This document shows, piece by piece, positions 53,444-64,000 of a DNA stretch of 64,000 nucleotides. Made by a program: the position numbers and the translations under genes. The stretch is taken from positions 106,764,001 to 106,828,000 of the forward strand of contig NC_043004.1 in assembly GCF_006345805.1 (NCBI RefSeq), in the 5' to 3' direction. Origin of the DNA: Octopus sinensis. Its lineage: Eukaryota. Position 1 is the first letter of the stretch. Every line of letters starts with the position of its first letter. The notes under the pieces are model-generated. The model saw only the letters and a list, made by a program, of their open reading frames with translations, did no database searches and was not told where the DNA came from.

Positions 53444-54393
53444 CTGAAAATATGATAAAGAAAACATTTTAATAGGATCATTCTATTGAAAAGAAAATCA
53501 TGCATTATATCCAGCTATAGATATTAGTATTGCATTTTGGCACAAGGCCAGCAATTTTAGCGGAGGTGATAAGTCAATTACATCGACCCCAGTGTTTAAC
53601 TGGTACTTATTTTATAGATCCTGAAAGGATGAAAAGCTAAGTCAACCTCAGTGGAATTTGAACTTAGACCGTAAAAATGGACAAAATACCACTAAGCATT
53701 TTGTCCAGTACTCTAACAGTTCTGCAGGTTGGCCACCTTAAATAATAATGATAATAATAATAATGTATCATGTACATTGTTTTGTCTTGGTATAAAAGAT
53801 GGGCTACAGCAAATATTCTGCTCAATACCACAGATTTGCTTGTCAGTTGTTTGACCTTAACCAGTTGAGCATGTCCCTTAGTGGCTGACGATCTGTGCAT
53901 CTCTGATTACGAGCAGAAGTAGTGGGGGAGCATCATAGCCATGTGTTGAGAGGGATTCTTTGGGGTTTGAATAATTCACCTCTAGAAACATGGGTGCTTC
54001 GTTCAACATCCTTAAACAACCCTTATTCAGGGACCTTTCGAGTGGGATGGGTTACTTGACCTGAAGAAAATTCTAACTGGGCCCCACCTGCAAGGTTATG
54101 TGCTGTTTATCTTGATATGAGATCACCATGTCGTGCACATATGGTTGTGATGCATGTGCCTAGTGTACCCTTATCAGACGGGTAGTCATGATGGGTATAC
54201 TGTGCTTCGTATATTTTACCCCAGTGTCACTTTGATGGCATGCACTGCTCTCTCACTCAATGATAATAATAATAATAGTAATAATAATAATAATAATAAT
54301 CATAATAATAACGTAAAACAGAAGAAGTGAAGAGAATAAAATATGATAAAAAATATAGAGTCATAGGAGGGGATCTAGGGCATCTTAACATAC

Positions 54394-54682
54394 CGTAATA
54401 TCAGCAAATATCATAATCATACGTCCAGAATCTTTCTTGAATGGGTAGTCAGCTGCCCATAATAGGGCTTCATGAAGTGGGCTAAGCTGGTGACCAAAAT
54501 GATGAGAGTTGTGAGGAGTGTACAGTGGACTTTTGTGTCCTTTATGAAAGTGATTATCATGATGTCCATGGCTCTGGTGACCATGTTCATCATGGTCGTC
54601 AGGATCTCCTCCACGTTTGCCTTGACTTGATTTCTTTAAGTTCTTCAAGGCCAAGTGGATGTTGTCTTCATCTCCAAAATAT
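54394..54682 (-). CDS. LLTP exon with His-rich insert (...GKRGGDPDDHDEHGH...LHEALLWAADYPFKKDSGRMIMIF)
   Basis: ctttcag acceptor, gtatgt donor, phase 2 to 0. EAL..AA.YPF motif of the vWA-like region. Confidence 0.82.
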
Positions 54683-55734
54683 CTGAAAGAAAAGTAGAAG
54701 TAAAAGAAGTCATATTATTAAGAAAATATAGGCATAGGAGTGGCTGTGTGGTAAGTAGCTTGCTTACGAACCACATGGTTCTGGGTTCAGTCCTACTGCG
54801 TGGCACCTTGGGCCGTCCCAAGCGCTGTAAGTGGATTTGGTAGATGGAAACTGAAAGAAGCCTGTCGTATATATGTATATATATATGTGTTTGTGTGTGT
54901 GTGTATGTGCATATGTTTGTGTGTCTGTGTTTGTCCCCCCAACATTGCTTGACAACCGATGCTAGTGTGTTTATGTCCCCGTAAGTTAGTGGTTCGGCAA
55001 AAGAGACCGATAGAATAAGTACTAGGCTTTCAAAGAATAAGTCCTGGGGTCGATTTGCTCGATTAAAGCCGGTGTTCCAGCATGGCCACAGTCATATGAC
55101 TGAAACAAGTAAAAGAGTGACATGACTAAAAAGTATCACCTAACCCCACAAAAAAAAATCATATGACAGCAAACCTAATTAAATGTTTGAAAAGCAAATC
55201 ACATGGTATAAAGGTATCACATGATGATAATGGGAATCAAAAGCTATCAAACAGATTATCTGTAATTTTTCTTTTTGTGACATCTGCATACATAACTTTC
55301 CATCTAAACTTCATTCTTAACACCTGCTGCTATGTTCTGGTGACCTAACGAGATAGCTTTCATTATTTGCATTGATATATTAAATATACAGCTGTATTGT
55401 ATAACACGTAGTATGCATATTGATGCCAAAATGGAAATATAATGTAATTCCACACTAAGATCATTACCAGATGAAGAAGGCTGAGAAATGGTTGTAATCA
55501 TAAGATGTCAAGTGGTTGAATAAATATATTCATCTCTCATATCTCCTGACATTTTATGGTTTACATCATCATCATCATCATCATCATCATTTAAAATCTG
55601 TTTTCCATGCTGGCATGGGCTGGACAGTTTGATAGGGGCTGGCTTGGCCAAAGATTGCATCAGGCTTCTCTGTCTGTTCTGGCAGGGTTTTTATGGCTAG
55701 ATGTCCTTCCTAACACCAGCCACCTTACAGAGTG

Positions 55735-55803
<69 letters not shown>

Positions 55804-55808
55804 ATGTA

Positions 55809-55883
<75 letters not shown>

Positions 55884-56102
55884 TTGGTGAAATAGAAAAA
55901 TGAATAATCTTGTTGTAGATTAATCAAAAGTTTAACCGATACCTTGGTAGCAAAAATCACAGCAGAAGAAAGCACGGTTGGAGATAAAACCATTTGGTGT
56001 TGCAACCATGCGTTGGTGCGGATAATTGAATTTTAATATTATTAGTGAATTGAAGAAATGGAGTTGAACGAAGATTGAACAGAATTCCTTTTATTGCATT
56101 CT

Positions 56103-56198
56103 ATTGCATTTTTTCCTGAAGAGAAAGCCACAATATGGTATCCTTATTTAATCAGAATTTGGAAAATTGTGGCTTTTGAAACATGTGTTGAATGCAAT
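56103..56198 (+). ncRNA. Minimal type-I hammerhead ribozyme motif in the loop of a 66-bp perfect foldback
   Basis: ttc-CTGAAGA-gaaagccacaat...attgtggctttt-GAAA-catgtg-TT-gaa. 12-bp stem II. Confidence 0.7.
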
Positions 56199-56247
56199 AA
56201 AAGGAATTCTGTTCAATCTTCGTTCAACTCCATTTCTTCAATTCACT

Positions 56248-56286
<39 letters not shown>

Positions 56287-56290
<4 letters not shown>

Positions 56291-57532
56291 GTTGAGTAAA
56301 AAGTAAGTAATGTTTTGGAACCATGAAGAATTTGTACTGGATTTTTGCAAAATTTTGAATCTTTTTTAAACATTTTTTGCAACTGTCTCATAATAGAGAC
56401 ATAAACTTTCCGAAATGCATCAATAAATTAATATTAATATTTTTTCCACTGTTGTTACAATCATCTGAAATGGAACTGTCAAAGCGCGATATTCGAGCAA
56501 TTTTGCTATTTAACTCGGATGTAAAGCAGCTGAAACTGCTCACAGTATCAACGAAACATTTGGTGAGGAAATGAGCAGTGAGTGGTCAGTTTAAAAATGG
56601 TTTAAACGATTTTGCAGTGGAGACCTGAGCCTTGAAGATCATGAGCATAGTGGACACTCACCTGTCATCAATGACGGTTAATTAAAGACCGTCATTGAGA
56701 AAGATTCATGTAAAACCACTTGGGGACTGGCAAAAGAACTTCAAGTTAGCCAGAAAACTGCCTGCAACCATTTGCATGTGATTGGAAAATCAAAAAGCTC
56801 AACAAATGGGTTACCACACGATTTGAATAAAAATCAAAAAATGTGCAGATGTGAAATTTGCTCATCACTTCTTCTTCGTAACCAAACTGATCCATTTCTC
56901 GACTCTATTGTAACTTGCGATGAAAAGAGGATTCTGTACAATAATAAAAATCATTCTTCACAGTGGTTGGACCAAAATGAAGCACTGGAAACTTTCCCTA
57001 AACCAGAGCTCTTCAAAATAAAGGTTATGATGACTGTTTGGTGGTGTACTACTGGACTCATCCACTACAACTTCTTAAAACCTGGAAAAACCATTACTGT
57101 AGAAACACTGCCATGAAATTGCCAAAACTGCTACCCCTCCGTCCCACACAGGTCAACAGAAGAGGGTCAATCATTCTTCATGACAATGCTCCTTCACATG
57201 TTTCACTAATGATGTTCCAGAAGTTGAGGGAACTTAGCTACGAAGATCTTCTCCACCCTTATTCCCCAGACTAACACTTTTTCAAGCACCTTAATGGTTT
57301 CCTGTGAGAGAAGGGCTTTAAAAATCAAACCAATGCTGAAAGTGCATTCAAAGAGTTCATCAAGAGTTCAGAACTCCAGATTTTTATGTCACCGAAATAA
57401 ACAAACTTGTAACTTGGTAAAAATGTGTTGATTGTAATGGTACTTACTTTGATGAATAAAATTTCTGCATTGTTGAAATATATTATGATGAATTTCATGT
57501 TTCAAAACGTTGCTTACTTTTTACTCAGCTAG
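56287..57532 (+). mobile_element. Full-length degenerate mariner (DD34D) transposon with TIRs
   Basis: TIRs tcaggttgagtaaaaagtaag... / ...cttactttttactcagct, with TA on the left. Transposase remnants WFKRF, LPHDL, IVTCDEK, HDNA, PYSPD. Many stops and frameshifts. Confidence 0.9.
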
Positions 57533-57615
57533 GAATGTAGTAGAGTGCAAAATAGAACTCTATTATTTAAATTATTTATATTCGACAGATATATATCCTC
57601 ATCTTGTTTGTTGTT

Positions 57616-57661
57616 AACACAACATTTCAGCTGGTGTACCCTCCAGCCTTCATCAGGTGTC
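57616..57661 (-). ncRNA. Degenerate minimal hammerhead (stem III ACGT to ATGT)
   Basis: Minus strand: gacac-CTGATGA-aggctgg...ccagct-GAAA-tg-TT-gtgtt. Confidence 0.55.
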
Positions 57662-57961
57662 TTGGGGGAAATTTCAAACCTGGGTTCTTATTCTTAAGAG
57701 CTCGTTCACCCTTAATTTAAATCTTGTGTATATGTTGTATCAAAACATGTGTAGTGTTTATGAAATAGCTGTCTCGCCATACTCTTTCTTGTTGACTCTA
57801 CTTTTTCAATTTAAATATATAGTGAGAGAAAGAGACTGACAGACAGATATAGCATAGAAATTATATATTTTTTATTTTCCTTTGGCATGTGTGTGTGTGT
57901 GTGTGTGTGTGCCTAAGTGTGCGCATAGATATGAGAGAGTGAGAGTGAAATACTTCCTTAC

Positions 57962-58199
57962 TGTCCATGAATTGTGTAGACATTAGCGTGTTCAGTTGAA
58001 CCACCATAAGTTCCACCATAAGCCACAAGGCCCAGCCTAGCGTCTTTAACCTGAACTTGCTCAAACAAACTGTAGACATAATTGTGTGCTGGCTCTTTAG
58101 CAATAAGTTTGTGTTCATCAAGGATAAGAACCACATCACGCTTGATTTTTCGGGTCTTTTCTTTCCAGATTATTTGATCATGGGATTGTGTGCATTTAA
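57962..58199 (-). CDS. LLTP exon (vWA-like: RDVVLILDE...RLGLVAYGG...HANVYTIHG)
   Basis: Frame not listed in the ORF track. cacag acceptor, gtaagg donor, phase 1 to 2, no stops. DVVxxxE and R.GLVxYGG motifs resemble the apolipophorin C-terminal region. Confidence 0.82.
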
Positions 58200-58354
58200 C
58201 TGTGAATTAGAAATGGTTTGATATTTGACATGATATTCAGTATGACAAAATTCTTGCACATGCATATACGTTTGAAAGTATATATTTTAAATAAAATGAG
58301 ACAACAAAACCAAGGCAGTGTGAAATTTCTAGGACATTTATAAAGAGAAACGTA

Positions 58355-58402
58355 GTCTTACAGCTGTTTCGGGGACATGAGGTATATCCCTTCATCAGAG
58401 AC
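58355..58402 (-). ncRNA. Minimal type-I hammerhead ribozyme motif
   Basis: Minus strand: gtct-CTGATGA-agggat...gtcccc-GAAA-cagctg-TA-agac. Palindromic stem III, GUA triplet. Confidence 0.72.
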
Positions 58403-59290
58403 AATATGAGAGAGTTAAATAGAGGTAAATAGTAGAGTCCCATATAAGAAGTTATTTTGGAAAGGGAGAGATATAGGAAGTATAAAGGGAATCTATTTGT
58501 TATTACTTGTTACTTCTATTAAAAATAAAGAATAACTCAAAATATTCTTGTCCTGTACTTTTCCAGTTTTATAATCTTAAGAATATTATTTCTCTTGCAT
58601 GCATTTTCCCATGTAATCCATATGTTTTCGAGGCTATGCTATTATGTTAATTGATAATGCATCAAATGTGTCAATTAGCGGAGTCTTTGATAATTCTTTC
58701 CTTACCTCAATGAGGCTGGTGACATATATTAAAAGCCCTTATAGAACTATAGTCATAAAAAGGTATAGAACTACATTATCACCCTCAAATTTGAGAAACA
58801 AACATTCATAACTTTTTTAAACTTCATTGCATGAGATTGATACAATGAAATTGTTCAAATTGAGCTCTTAATTTAAGGTTAATCAAAATATAGTCTATTT
58901 TTAAAATAAAAAAGTTGATTATACTTAAATCCAATTTTTTGCCTTTTATTTATTGTGCCAAAACTATGAAATTCTTCATGCTTTCTTCTATCATTGAAGC
59001 TAAGATAAATATATTTTACTTTTAAAATAAAAAAGTTATTTAGACCTAAACTTGATTAGTGGCATTACTTACTCTCCTATAACATTGCTAGAAATTCTGA
59101 TGTAAACTTTTTTCCACTGGACCAAATCTCAATTTTTTTATGCCAAAATGTAGCTAGGGACCAGTCCTCTTCAAAAATATTAACAGTGTTCCATTTGGTT
59201 AAGAACTGAATTAGTGACAAGCTCTGAAAGATGCTGCATGTGAGTAAATTACAGCCTTAAGAATATTATTCAACTACTACCGTAGTTGAA

Positions 59291-59336
<46 letters not shown>

Positions 59337-60026
59337 TCATCATCATCATCATCATCGTCATCGTCATCATCATTATCGTCACTTTCCATGCTGGCATGGA
59401 TTGTACAGTTTGGCTGAGGACTGGCAAGCCAGAAGGCTGCCCCAGGCTCCAATCTGATCTGGCAATGTTTCTACAGCTGGATGCCCTTCCTAATGCCAAC
59501 CACTCCAAGAGTGTAGTGGGTGCTTTTTACATGCCACTGGCATATATCACTAATGCATTGTCTCTCAACTTGGTGTCCATATAGCCCCAGAGGGTCCATA
59601 TAAGATTTCTGGTGGGGGTCCATGCAACAAAAAGATAAATTGGGGATCCACAGTGATATTTTAATGACTTCTGAAAAAATTTTATTTTAGATGTATGTAT
59701 TGTTATGAATTGCAAGAAGCAGCTTGGTTTCTTTCTACAGATGGAAAATGGTTAAGAACCCCTGATCTGATCTAACGTAAATTGTATTAAACTAAGTGTT
59801 ACTGATAATTTCTTGCTTTTGTAAGGAAGGAAAATACATTTTTTAGTAAAATCTGCACAGGCATAGGAGTGGCTGTGTGGTAAGTAGCTTGCTTACAAAC
59901 CACATGGTTCCGAGTTCAGTCCCACTGCATGGCACCTTGGGCAAGTGTCTTCTACTATAGCCTTGGGCCGACCAAAGCCTTGTGAGTGAATTTGGTAGAA
60001 GTAAACTGAAAGAAGCCCGTTGTATG

Positions 60027-60063
<37 letters not shown>

Positions 60064-60732
60064 GTGTGCATGTTTGTGTGTCTGTGTTTGTCCCCCCAAC
60101 ATCACTTGACAACCGATGGTGGTGTGTTTACGTCTCCGTAACTTAGCGGTTCAGCAAAAGAGACTGATAGAATAAGAACTTGGATTACAAAGAATAAGTC
60201 CTGGGATCGATTTGCTCAACTAAAGACGGTGCTCCAGCATGGCCACAGTCAAAATGACTGAAACAAGTAAAAGAATAAAAGAGAATAGAATATGGTTATT
60301 AGTGATTGGTATGTCTATTATGAAAAACAAAAATTGGGAGGAATATGAGATCCAAGAAGACAGCTGAATAAAAAGAGTTTGCTTCTTTTCAGGAATGGAG
60401 CATGTTTTCTGGGAGAGGACTATAAAAAAAAGGGGGTTATATAGCTAGGCTCTGGAATGAGAGCTAATTCTTGTGTAAAATATTGCAAGGCAACAGCTGA
60501 GATTCTAGCTTAGTTTCTGGATAGAGACAGTAGTTTTAAATCCTGTGACTACTTGGGAAAGGGTGAATACAGTTTGTTTCAGGAGATTGTACGCATAATT
60601 TTTATTGCCTAAAAGAAATGATATAATATCTAGCAAGATTTGAACATCTATGTTGCAGTAAGAAATCCTTCACCTCATTTTGTTATGTCTAATGAACAGT
60701 GTTATATTGAAAAATGTTTAGAAAAGTCTTAC

Positions 60733-60850
60733 TGCAAGTTTTTGGTAAATCAATATCTTTCTTTGGTTGACATTGGCTGACATAGGTTGATACTAAGGAA
60801 CAGAGACCAGATTTCTTGTCCGAATCAGCACAGCTTTCGATGCAATGATC
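60733..60850 (-). CDS. LLTP exon (C8-like: DHCIESCADSDKKSGLCSLVSTYVSQC...PKTC)
   Basis: tttacag acceptor, gtaaga donor, phase 0 to 1. Cys pattern C...C...YVxxC. Confidence 0.82.
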
Positions 60851-61857
60851 CTGTAAAGAAAAGCAATATTGATTACTCAGAGAACCAGTTCTGGAGGCAA
60901 CCCCTTTCATGCAATCATTGACAATAATTCACCTGACATGGAACTTATCAAACAACACAGATTTAACATATAACCTCATATAAATATAGAAATAACTGTG
61001 AATGGTGTTAAGGTAGAGGCTTGTAACACATAAGGAGGCAGGCTTCGACCTGATACGTGTACAGATTTCTTTGAATATTTAGAAGAAGCAGAGTAGGACT
61101 CGAACCTTTAGAAGCTCTCATAGAATTGTGATATTAATGCAGTTGATGTCTAGCTTTAACTTCTGCTGGAGAAATAGGAACAGTGAGGGGACTTTAGAGG
61201 GCTGCATATCTTGGAAGAAAATATTAGACAATAAAACTATTTATTGTAAGTTTGTAATGTAAGAAACTGTATGGGATGACAAGGTGGTGGTGGTGGTGGT
61301 GGTGGTGAATCCTATGAACCACATTAACAAGCTGTGTTGTGAGTAGCTTACTAACTCAGAAGAACAAAGTCATAGTAAAAGACATAGTAAAGAGAAGAAT
61401 CGGTATATTTGTGATCTGATGGTTGTGACCTGAGTACTTTCAAGTCTAAAATAAATTCATTCCTTTCTTCTCAATTTCTCTTTCTTCACAGTCCCTTTAC
61501 ACAGACTTCTTGCCATATTTGGGACTTTCAGAAAGAAAAACAAAAAAAGAATATGTAGGTGAGTGAGCCATTGCTACTCATCCAGGTATTTTAATTACTC
61601 AGCCAGGTAACCTGCTTTTGGATGGGGTCAAAGATATTTGTGTGTAATATCAGCTCTGTCTTCGATATCTGGGTCATACTTATGTCTTAGAGAGAGGGTT
61701 TGTAAATAACTAATCTCGGCTGAAAGGTTTTGGGGCCCAGTCAAGGAAGTGTGGTTTTAGAAATGTCCAATATGTGAAGTGGCAACAAAAGATGAGAGAT
61801 GTTTAGGACTAGCATTTTTTGTAACTTTGAGGGTTTCAACTAAGTATTGTCTATGTA

Positions 61858-61921
61858 GAAGAAGAAGAAGAAGAAGAAGAAGAAGAAGAAGAAGAAGAAG
61901 AAGAAGAAGAAGAAGAAGAAG
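61858..61921. repeat. (GAA)n microsatellite ~12 nt inside an LLTP intron donor side
   Basis: Pure GAA run next to the exon end at 61933. Confidence 0.95.
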
Positions 61922-61932
61922 GTGTGACTTAC

Positions 61933-62344
61933 CAAATAATTCATAGGATTATTCTCATCAAAGCAATTATTTAATGGTGAAAGGTAAAGAGCAAACATTT
62001 CCAGACATTTCTGTTTTGTTTCTGCAGGACAGTGCTTTGGATACGTTTGAGCAACGTCCTTCTTGGAAATTTCACATTTTTGTCTCTTGCTCAGTTCATA
62101 ATGGTTAATGAACTGAGCAGTATTTGATGCCAGTGTACCATCAGTCAGTTTCATATCAGTTCCAAAGTCTCCATCAGCATTACCCAAAAGTCCGAGTGTA
62201 TGATTATGGTGAATTCCATCAAATATAATTTTCATTTCATTTGAGCTACACATTATTTCAACTCCATATATTGATGTAACAACAACATAAGGGCCCCATA
62301 TTTTGGCTGAGGTCATTTTCATTGGACATTGATATGGAAGTTCT
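61933..62344 (-). CDS. LLTP exon (VWD C-terminal half: ...GIHHNHTLGLLGNADGDFGTDM...; start of C8-like region)
   Basis: tcttag acceptor, gtaagt donor, phase 2 to 0. GLLGNxDGD is the VWD motif. Confidence 0.88.
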
Positions 62345-62817
62345 CTAAGACAACAAAAAGAAACAACTATTAAATTTAGAACTTTATTTCTTGAAAAAAA
62401 AATATTTTAAAAAATGAATTAGAATAAGTTTAAGTGAAAATAAAATATATTTGGTTTGCAAGATTCGTGATGTGAACTCATGTGTTGAAACACATATTTG
62501 TGTATGTTGGGAGGGTCATTATGCTAATAATAAACACATGTACTGGCTCTATTTCACTATGTTATTTATTGGTCAATTGGTTAAATATTTAACCAATTAA
62601 TAAATCAATTATTTAATTAATTGTTCAGTCAATCAAACAATCAGTTAGGTTTGTCAAAGTCCTTTTATTGCCATTCATGACCACATCAATGACTTTTGGG
62701 GTCAATAAAATAAGTACAGCTGAGCACTAAAACTTTCTAGCCTTGTGCCAAAAACTGAAGTCAGTATAATTGAAAAAAAAATTGCTGATATTTAGCACAC
62801 TTGCTCCATAATTAAGT

Positions 62818-63270
62818 GTGCTAAATAACGTAAAAGTGGTGCTATTGTATGGGGCTGAGACATGGCGAACAACAGTTAAGTCAAATAAGCAAATACAATC
62901 GTTCATCAACAGATGCTTGTGTAGTATACTTAAAATTAGATGGCCCCAACACATAAGCAATATGGAGCTATGGCAAAGAACAAATGAAGTTACGATTAGG
63001 GAGCAAACATTTAAGAAAAAGTGGAAGTGGATTGGTAGCACAATTAGAAAAGAAACACAAAATGTAGTGAAAAGTGCTTTAAAGTGGAAACCGGTTGGAT
63101 ATAAAAGGAGAGGTAGGCCTAAGACCTCGTGGCTGAGATCAACACAAAAAGAACTAGAGAAAGAGAGACATTCATGGCAGAGTATAAGTACAGAAGCCAC
63201 AAATTATGCGACATGGAATTCGACTATAAGTGGCCGATACTCCACGTTGGAGGGTGAAAGGCATAAAGAA
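62818..63270 (+). mobile_element. RTE-type LINE 3' fragment
   Basis: VLLYGAETW, RCL..ILKIRWPQHISN, WKWIG, GYKRRGRPKTSW. Confidence 0.8.
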
Positions 63271-63371
63271 AAGAAAGATATTTAGCACAAGGGATATCAA
63301 ATGTTCTTTTCATCATAAACTGGAACAAGAAAAAAAGATTAATAAAAAGCTGACATTCATATTGTACTTAC

Positions 63372-63534
63372 ATGAATGAGCTGTCTCCATCGACAGAGAT
63401 ACTGCAGTTGTTAAATATCTTTAAACTAGTTTTTGTACATGATAATGTGACCCCATCATTTTCCTTGAGGATAGCAAATGTTTTATGGGCTACATCAGCA
63501 GCCAACAGGTGAGTACATTTATTGCTTCCAAAAT
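63372..63534 (-). CDS. Apolipophorin/vitellogenin-like LLTP, internal exon (VWD: DFGSNKCTHLLAADVAHKTFAILK...); gene continues beyond the window
   Basis: ttttctctttcag acceptor, gtaagt donor, open frame, phase 1 to 2. C-x-x-LLA-x-D pattern of VWD domains. Confidence 0.8.
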
Positions 63535-64000
63535 CTGAAAGAGAAAAAAAGGAAATTGTTTAAAAATCTTAAAGCCAACTGCATTTATCAAGAGTTAGCC
63601 AAAATAAATACATCATGCTATTATTTCAATTCCTTACTACTATTAGTATAATTAAAATGACAAGCTAAGGTAGAGAGCTGACAGAACCATTATCATGCCG
63701 AACAAAATGCTTGGCAGCGTTTCTTGCCCATGTCAGTATTTGAACCGAGAATGTAAACTTTGTCATTCATCCTTTTGGAGTCAATAAAATAAATACCAGT
63801 TGAACACTGGGGTCAATATAATTGATTAGCCCCCTCCCGGTAAAATTTCAGGCCTTGTGCCTATAATAAAAAGGGTTATTACTATTATTATTAACCCTTT
63901 CGTTACTGTATTTATTTTGAGATGCTCTGTGTTCCTTTCAATTATTTTAAATGTAACAAAAAATTTAGTAAAATAACTTAGTTATCATTCAGCTAGTGTT

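Noticed and set aside
54417-54614. Overlapping Met/Thr-rich alternative frame in the His-rich exon
   Set aside because: By-product of CAT/CAC codons. The splice phases support only the His frame.

Overview
Eukaryotic, AT-rich DNA dense in microsatellites and SINEs. The repeat landscape looks octopod/cephalopod, which is an inference, not a database result. Most ORFs in the supplied track are (TA)n/(CA)n artefacts. Two real, convergent, multi-exon genes can be reconstructed by hand with consistent splice phases. (1) A complete SKA1 kinetochore gene on +: non-coding exon ending at 9594, CDS 15187-15402, 23727-23842, 25963-26300, 29108-29262, 274 aa, with an ETS-CRE/E2F/CHR cell-cycle promoter. 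(2) The last seven exons of an apolipophorin/vitellogenin-type large lipid transfer protein on - (VWD, C8-like, C-terminal vWA-like region), carrying an unusual His-rich insert after a GKR site. The rest is transposon-derived: two Penelope-like elements (PLEs), CR1, RTE and RLE-type LINE fragments, a Gypsy integrase fragment, a mariner, a non-autonomous Helitron, a TTAA element, MITEs and tRNA-SINEs. The most striking unannotated signal is about nine minimal type-I hammerhead ribozyme motifs, several in foldback repeats inside introns. In SKA1 the motifs with intact cores are antisense and the sense copies have broken cores.
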